Origin: Alphaproteobacteria bacterium | GTDB lineage: Bacteria; Pseudomonadota; Alphaproteobacteria; RF32; CAG-239 | Assembly (NCBI GenBank): GCA_045615365.1 | Contig: JAZLEQ010000042.1 | Coordinates: 41,375-105,374, forward strand | DNA: 64,000 nt | Reading direction: 5' to 3' | Shown here: positions 60,567 through 64,000 of the stretch, in pieces | Layout of the letters: every line of letters begins with the position of its first letter | How positions within the stretch are numbered: the first letter of the stretch is position 1 | Made by a program: the position numbers and the translations under genes | Notes under the pieces: model-generated | The model's input: only the letters and a program-made list of their open reading frames with translations | Database searches by the model: none | Told to the model about the DNA's origin: nothing

Positions 60567-60731
60567 TTAATAGTCGCCGCATCCGCACCCGCAATCATTG
60601 GACGATGATGAAGGTTTGGACTGTGATGAACTTTTAGATTCGTTTTTTTTTGCAAGCTTAGCGCTTTTTGAAGACGATGAGGCTGAAGCGCTCATTTTCT
60701 TTGGTGAAGGTTCTCTCATATCTTTACACAT
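60567..60731 (-). CDS. unannotated small ORF: Ser/Lys-rich peptide ending in NDCGCGCGDY
   Basis: Hand translation of the minus strand gives MCKDMREPSPKKMSASASSSSKSAKLAKKNESKSSSQSKPSSSSNDCGCGCGDY, then stop. AAGGAG lies 11 nt upstream of ATG 60731, and an in-frame ATG at 60740 would give 57 aa. The ORF is below the 60-aa cut-off of the supplied track. It sits in a 384-bp gap and a GC hairpin follows. Confidence 0.45.
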   Translation of the reverse strand: MCKDMREPSPKKMSASASSSSKSAKLAKKNESKSSSQSKPSSSSNDCGCGCGDY

Positions 60732-60823
60732 AACAAACATACTCCTTATAAAATTTTTAAAAAGCTTATAAAAGCAATAAAGAGATAGTTATTTTGCAAG
60801 AATAAACAACCTAGCCATTAATA

Positions 60824-61744
60824 CTACATATTTCGAGGTTTAAAAACTCCATCTTCAAAACCTTGAATTTGTTTGTTTTCTTCTGACATTTGTAAACGCA
60901 TTAAAGATAATGCCACATATTCTTTTTCTTTTTCAATGCCGATGAAGTGCCTATTAAGTTTTTTTGCAACTACTGCAGTGGTGCCTGAGCCTAAAAACGG
61001 GTCAAATACGACATCGCCCTCATTTGAAGAGGCCAAAATCAATTTTGCAATAAGCTTTTCCGGTTTTTGTGTCGGATGGTTTGTGTTTTCGCTCATCGAC
61101 CAAAAGGGAATGGAAATATCTGTCCAAACATTAGACGGATGAGTTAAACGCATTTTTTGTTTGTCTTTTTCAAACCAATCTTTTGGTGATCCTTTTGTAT
61201 CTCTGTATGGAGCTATAACCGGACGCAAGATTTTAACATTATCCAGATTGAAAGTATATTCCTTACCTTTGGTAAAAAACCAAATATCTTCCAAACAATT
61301 TTTCCAGTTGTTTTTAGCGCCTCTGCCTTTTTCTCTTTCCCATGAAATTCGATTTTGCAATAAAAAATATTTTCCTGCTATATATGGAATTACAACAGAT
61401 GTTTTCCAATCCGAACAAATATAAACAGACGCATTATCTTTTAGAATTCGGCTTGTTTTTTTTAGCCATTTATCCAACCATTTTGCATATTCATCATCTT
61501 TCATCTCCTTAAACACCGACGATCCGAAGTTTTTTGTCAGGTTGTATGGCGGATCAACAATCATCAAGTCCACGCAACTATCAGGAATTTTATCCATTGC
61601 GGTAAGAGCATCTTGCCAAATCACCGTATCAATAATTTCTTCCAAATTTTTTCTTTTTTTCAGTTTGTTTGCCTCAGAAGAAAGTTTTGAAATTTGCCTT
61701 TGGTTTAGAGTAATAGTTTTGTTTCTGTTGTTTTTGGAAGACAA
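60824..61744 (-). CDS. orphan beta-class DNA methyltransferase (N6-adenine or N4-cytosine, DPPY type)
   Basis: Motif IV IVDPPYNL precedes motif I VVFDPFLGSGTTAVVA, and HPTQKPEKL is present. The TTG start directly abuts the HPr stop. No restriction endonuclease gene is adjacent. Confidence 0.85.
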   Translation of the reverse strand: MSSKNNRNKTITLNQRQISKLSSEANKLKKRKNLEEIIDTVIWQDALTAMDKIPDSCVDLMIVDPPYNLTKNFGSSVFKEMKDDEYAKWLDKWLKKTSRILKDNASVYICSDWKTSVVIPYIAGKYFLLQNRISWEREKGRGAKNNWKNCLEDIWFFTKGKEYTFNLDNVKILRPVIAPYRDTKGSPKDWFEKDKQKMRLTHPSNVWTDISIPFWSMSENTNHPTQKPEKLIAKLILASSNEGDVVFDPFLGSGTTAVVAKKLNRHFIGIEKEKEYVALSLMRLQMSEENKQIQGFEDGVFKPRNM

Positions 61745-62020
61745 CTAATCTTCTCCGAATTTATTATCGATTAATTTCTCCAAAGCTTCTAAAGCCTCAT
61801 TTGCCTGATTTCCGGAAACAGAAATTTTAATGGTTGTTCCTTTTGACGCGGCTAGCATCATCAAACCCATAATTGAACAACCGTTCACGCATTGTCCGAT
61901 TCTTTCAACTTCAACAACCGCATCAAACGGCTCCACCGTTTTAACAAAGGCGGCAGCTGCTCGTGCGTGTAAGCCTTTAATATTTTTAATTTCTAATTCT
62001 TTGGTTAATTTTTGTGTCAT
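61745..62020 (-). CDS. ptsH: HPr-family phosphocarrier protein (NPr-like)
   Basis: NIKGLHARAAAAFV (active-site His) and CSIMGLMMLAASKG (regulatory Ser region). Confidence 0.9.
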   Translation of the reverse strand: MTQKLTKELEIKNIKGLHARAAAAFVKTVEPFDAVVEVERIGQCVNGCSIMGLMMLAASKGTTIKISVSGNQANEALEALEKLIDNKFGED

Positions 62021-62021
62021 C

Positions 62022-62420
62022 TTATTTTCCTAATAATTGCGATGCGATATTAATATATTTTTTTCCGGCTTCTTGCGCGCCTTCAACTGTTGCTTTCATA
62101 TCACATTCCTTACGCAGGCTTGCGATTTTAATAAGCATAGGCAAATTAATTCCTGCCAAAATTTCAACATTTGCTCTATCCATCATTGATAATGCGAGGT
62201 TTGATGGAGTTCCTCCAAACATATCGGTCAACAATATCACACCGTCGCCGCCGTCAACCTCTCTCACTTTTGCCAAAATTTCTTCTCTTCTCATTTCCAT
62301 ATCGTCTTCCGGACCGATACAAACCCCGCAAACCCGTTCCTGAGGGCCCACGACATGTTGCATTGCCGAAATAAATTCATTCGCCAGGTTGCCGTGTGTA
62401 ACCAAAACTAAACCAATCAT
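62022..62420 (-). CDS. PTS EIIA component, mannose/fructose family
   Basis: MIGLVLVTHGNLANEF (active-site His) and LLTDMFGGTPSN. Confidence 0.88.
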   Translation of the reverse strand: MIGLVLVTHGNLANEFISAMQHVVGPQERVCGVCIGPEDDMEMRREEILAKVREVDGGDGVILLTDMFGGTPSNLALSMMDRANVEILAGINLPMLIKIASLRKECDMKATVEGAQEAGKKYINIASQLLGK

Positions 62421-62858
62421 CTAAGACCTCTCTTGTTTTACAACATCTTCGCCGTTAACCCAAATTTTAACCGCTCCGAAACTCTTAAGGAGTTCATCGC
62501 GATTTTTGGCTCTTACCAATTCGTCTGCTCGAGTTTGTTTGCCGGCAAATACAATTTCTTCCACATTTTCTACAGGAACACCATACACTCTTTCCACCAT
62601 TTTACCTTTAAGCTCAACAATCATCACAAATTCCGATTCTGCCAAAGGTTCAACAGTTTCCGGATGAATATTATCAAGTTTAACGGCCAAATGTGCATCT
62701 CTTTTCAAAAGGGCTGTTTTTTTGCCGTCAAATTCCAAAACCGGATTATCCGGCAAGCCTGATCTTGCATCAATAAAAATGGCCAATTCACCATATTTAT
62801 TTTCAATAATCTCAAAAAAATCTTGTTTTTCAATAAGAGTATAATATTGTGTTTCCAT
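62421..62858 (-). CDS. hypothetical protein, first gene of the EIIA-HPr-methyltransferase operon
   Basis: 145-aa ORF abutting EIIA with no gap. No recognisable motif. Confidence 0.55.
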   Translation of the reverse strand: METQYYTLIEKQDFFEIIENKYGELAIFIDARSGLPDNPVLEFDGKKTALLKRDAHLAVKLDNIHPETVEPLAESEFVMIVELKGKMVERVYGVPVENVEEIVFAGKQTRADELVRAKNRDELLKSFGAVKIWVNGEDVVKQERS

Positions 62859-62942
62859 ATTCGTCTGCTTTCAGATATTGCTCAAATACTAATTCTATGC
62901 TATAACATTATCATTAAACTGTCAATTTTAGGTTAATATTCT

Positions 62943-64000
62943 ATGCAAAAAACTGCTTTGAAATTTATTTGGCACTATATAAAAAGCTTCAGATTTATAA
63001 TTTTTTCGGCAATTTTTTTGGCTTTTACAGCTCGCGGGCTTATGCAAGCCGGCGTTTATTATTTAGCCAAAGTTTTTGACTGGGCGGCAACAAACACAAA
63101 TTCAGCTGATTATTGGAATCATATGATTATACTTTTTTGCGTTTGCTCCGGTTTATCCATATTCGGCCAAAGTTTGCAGACAATAAGTTTATATGTTTTA
63201 AGTCGCCTGATTCCGCATTTGCGATCTATAATAATTAAAGACACGTTCGATTACGTTAATAAGCAATCAATTTCATATTTCACTAACGAAATGGCCGGCA
63301 ACATATCCAATAAATTTAACCAACTTCAAAGCGGTGTTGTTGATTTCTTTTTCCAAATGGGTAATTCTATGTTAGATTTTTGCTACCTCATAATAACCAT
63401 GACAATTTTAGGTTGGGTAAATTGGATTTTAGGATGTGTTGCGGTTGTTTGGTCTTTATTAATGTTTGTTTTCGGTAAATATTACGGGTCCAAAAGAGCA
63501 GAGCTTTCTCGTAAAACTTCTGAAAAACAAAGCTTTTCAAATGGTGCAATAATCGATTCTATTGCCAACTATTCGGAGATTAAAAGTTTTTCCAACTATA
63601 AATTTGAGCGAGCAAATTTATTGAAATCACTTCGCCAGTGGCGTCATACAGAAGCGTATGAGCTAAAACAGAAAAACATCATAATGTTTTGTTTGGGATT
63701 TATATCGGAAATATCGGCAATAATGTTTATGTTTTTGAGTGTTGTTTTGTTTTATTTCAAACTAATAAACTTAACCGAATTTTTCTTTACCATCACAACA
63801 ATAGGACGATTAAGCGGGCTTGTTTTCGGAGTAAACTGGTCGGTAAACAACCTTTCGCGCATTGTCGGGCAAATAAATTCTGCGTTAGAAACTCTTTCGG
63901 TTGAGCCTGAAATTATCGATTCTGAAGATGCTGTGGAGTTAAAAACCAAAAAAGCGCAAATAGATTTTAGCAATGTCAATTTTTCATACGATGGTAATAC
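62943..64000 (+). CDS. ABC exporter, fused permease/ATPase (MsbA-like), 3'-truncated by the window edge
   Basis: Not in the ORF track because it has no stop. Hand translation from ATG 62943 is open to position 64000. It has six-TM-type hydrophobic segments and ends in ...SVEPEIIDSEDAVELKTKKAQIDFSNVNFSYDGN, the typical entry into an ABC nucleotide-binding domain. Confidence 0.8.
   Translation, partial: MQKTALKFIWHYIKSFRFIIFSAIFLAFTARGLMQAGVYYLAKVFDWAATNTNSADYWNHMIILFCVCSGLSIFGQSLQTISLYVLSRLIPHLRSIIIKDTFDYVNKQSISYFTNEMAGNISNKFNQLQSGVVDFFFQMGNSMLDFCYLIITMTILGWVNWILGCVAVVWSLLMFVFGKYYGSKRAELSRKTSEKQSFSNGAIIDSIANYSEIKSFSNYKFERANLLKSLRQWRHTEAYELKQKNIIMFCLGFISEISAIMFMFLSVVLFYFKLINLTEFFFTITTIGRLSGLVFGVNWSVNNLSRIVGQINSALETLSVEPEIIDSEDAVELKTKKAQIDFSNVNFSYDGN

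Noticed and set aside
60824-61744. Possibility that the methyltransferase is the cell-cycle methylase CcrM.
   Set aside because: It shares the beta-class motif order (DPPY before FxGxG), but only about 30 residues follow the motif I region, so the roughly 80-aa C-terminal domain I recall for CcrM is missing. It also has a different N-terminal extension. It is left as a generic orphan methyltransferase.

Overview
Low-GC chromosomal window, apparently alphaproteobacterial. This rests on gene order recalled from memory: maf-rng-yacG, coaE-dnaQ, rho-mnmE-mnmG-rsmG-parA-parB, radA-cvpA, envC-ctpA-yibQ-like-rppH, a truncated HprK plus EIIA(Man)/HPr, a FliX-like gene next to dksA, and ialB-like next to rlmN. 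About 67 protein genes and one tRNA-Ala(GGC) are supported, mostly housekeeping: rho, polA, gyrB, parE, rpsB, tsf, gpmI, a class A PBP, radA, rlmN, xthA, lolA and cca. No rRNA, CRISPR array, transposase or integrase was seen. Points worth a second look: (1) Positions 139-6210 hold a four-gene operon ending in an orphan VirD4-type type IV coupling protein. It is preceded by a 653-aa low-complexity protein and two tandem paralogous membrane proteins, and the longer paralog ends in a NERD/PD-(D/E)xK-like domain. (2) The 478-bp AT-rich gap at 14044-14521 has a dense cluster of DnaA-box-like 9-mers, a TTAA-N7-TTAA motif and a strand-orientation switch, so it is a candidate oriC. (3) Two identical 15/16 parS sites lie inside mnmG and rsmG upstream of parAB. 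(4) A type IV pilin-like gene sits beside the FliX-like gene. (5) A roughly 1.45-kb islet next to tRNA-Ala is bounded by a 14-bp direct repeat of the tRNA 3' end and carries a tandem double P-loop kinase-like gene. (6) A lone HydF [FeFe]-hydrogenase maturation GTPase is present. (7) A 54-57 codon ORF is missing from the supplied ORF track and encodes a Ser/Lys-rich peptide ending in CGCGCGDY. (8) An orphan DPPY DNA methyltransferase abuts the HPr gene of a PTS-Ntr-like operon. All calls come from reading the supplied translations and hand-scanning the DNA. No database search, alignment or statistic was run.
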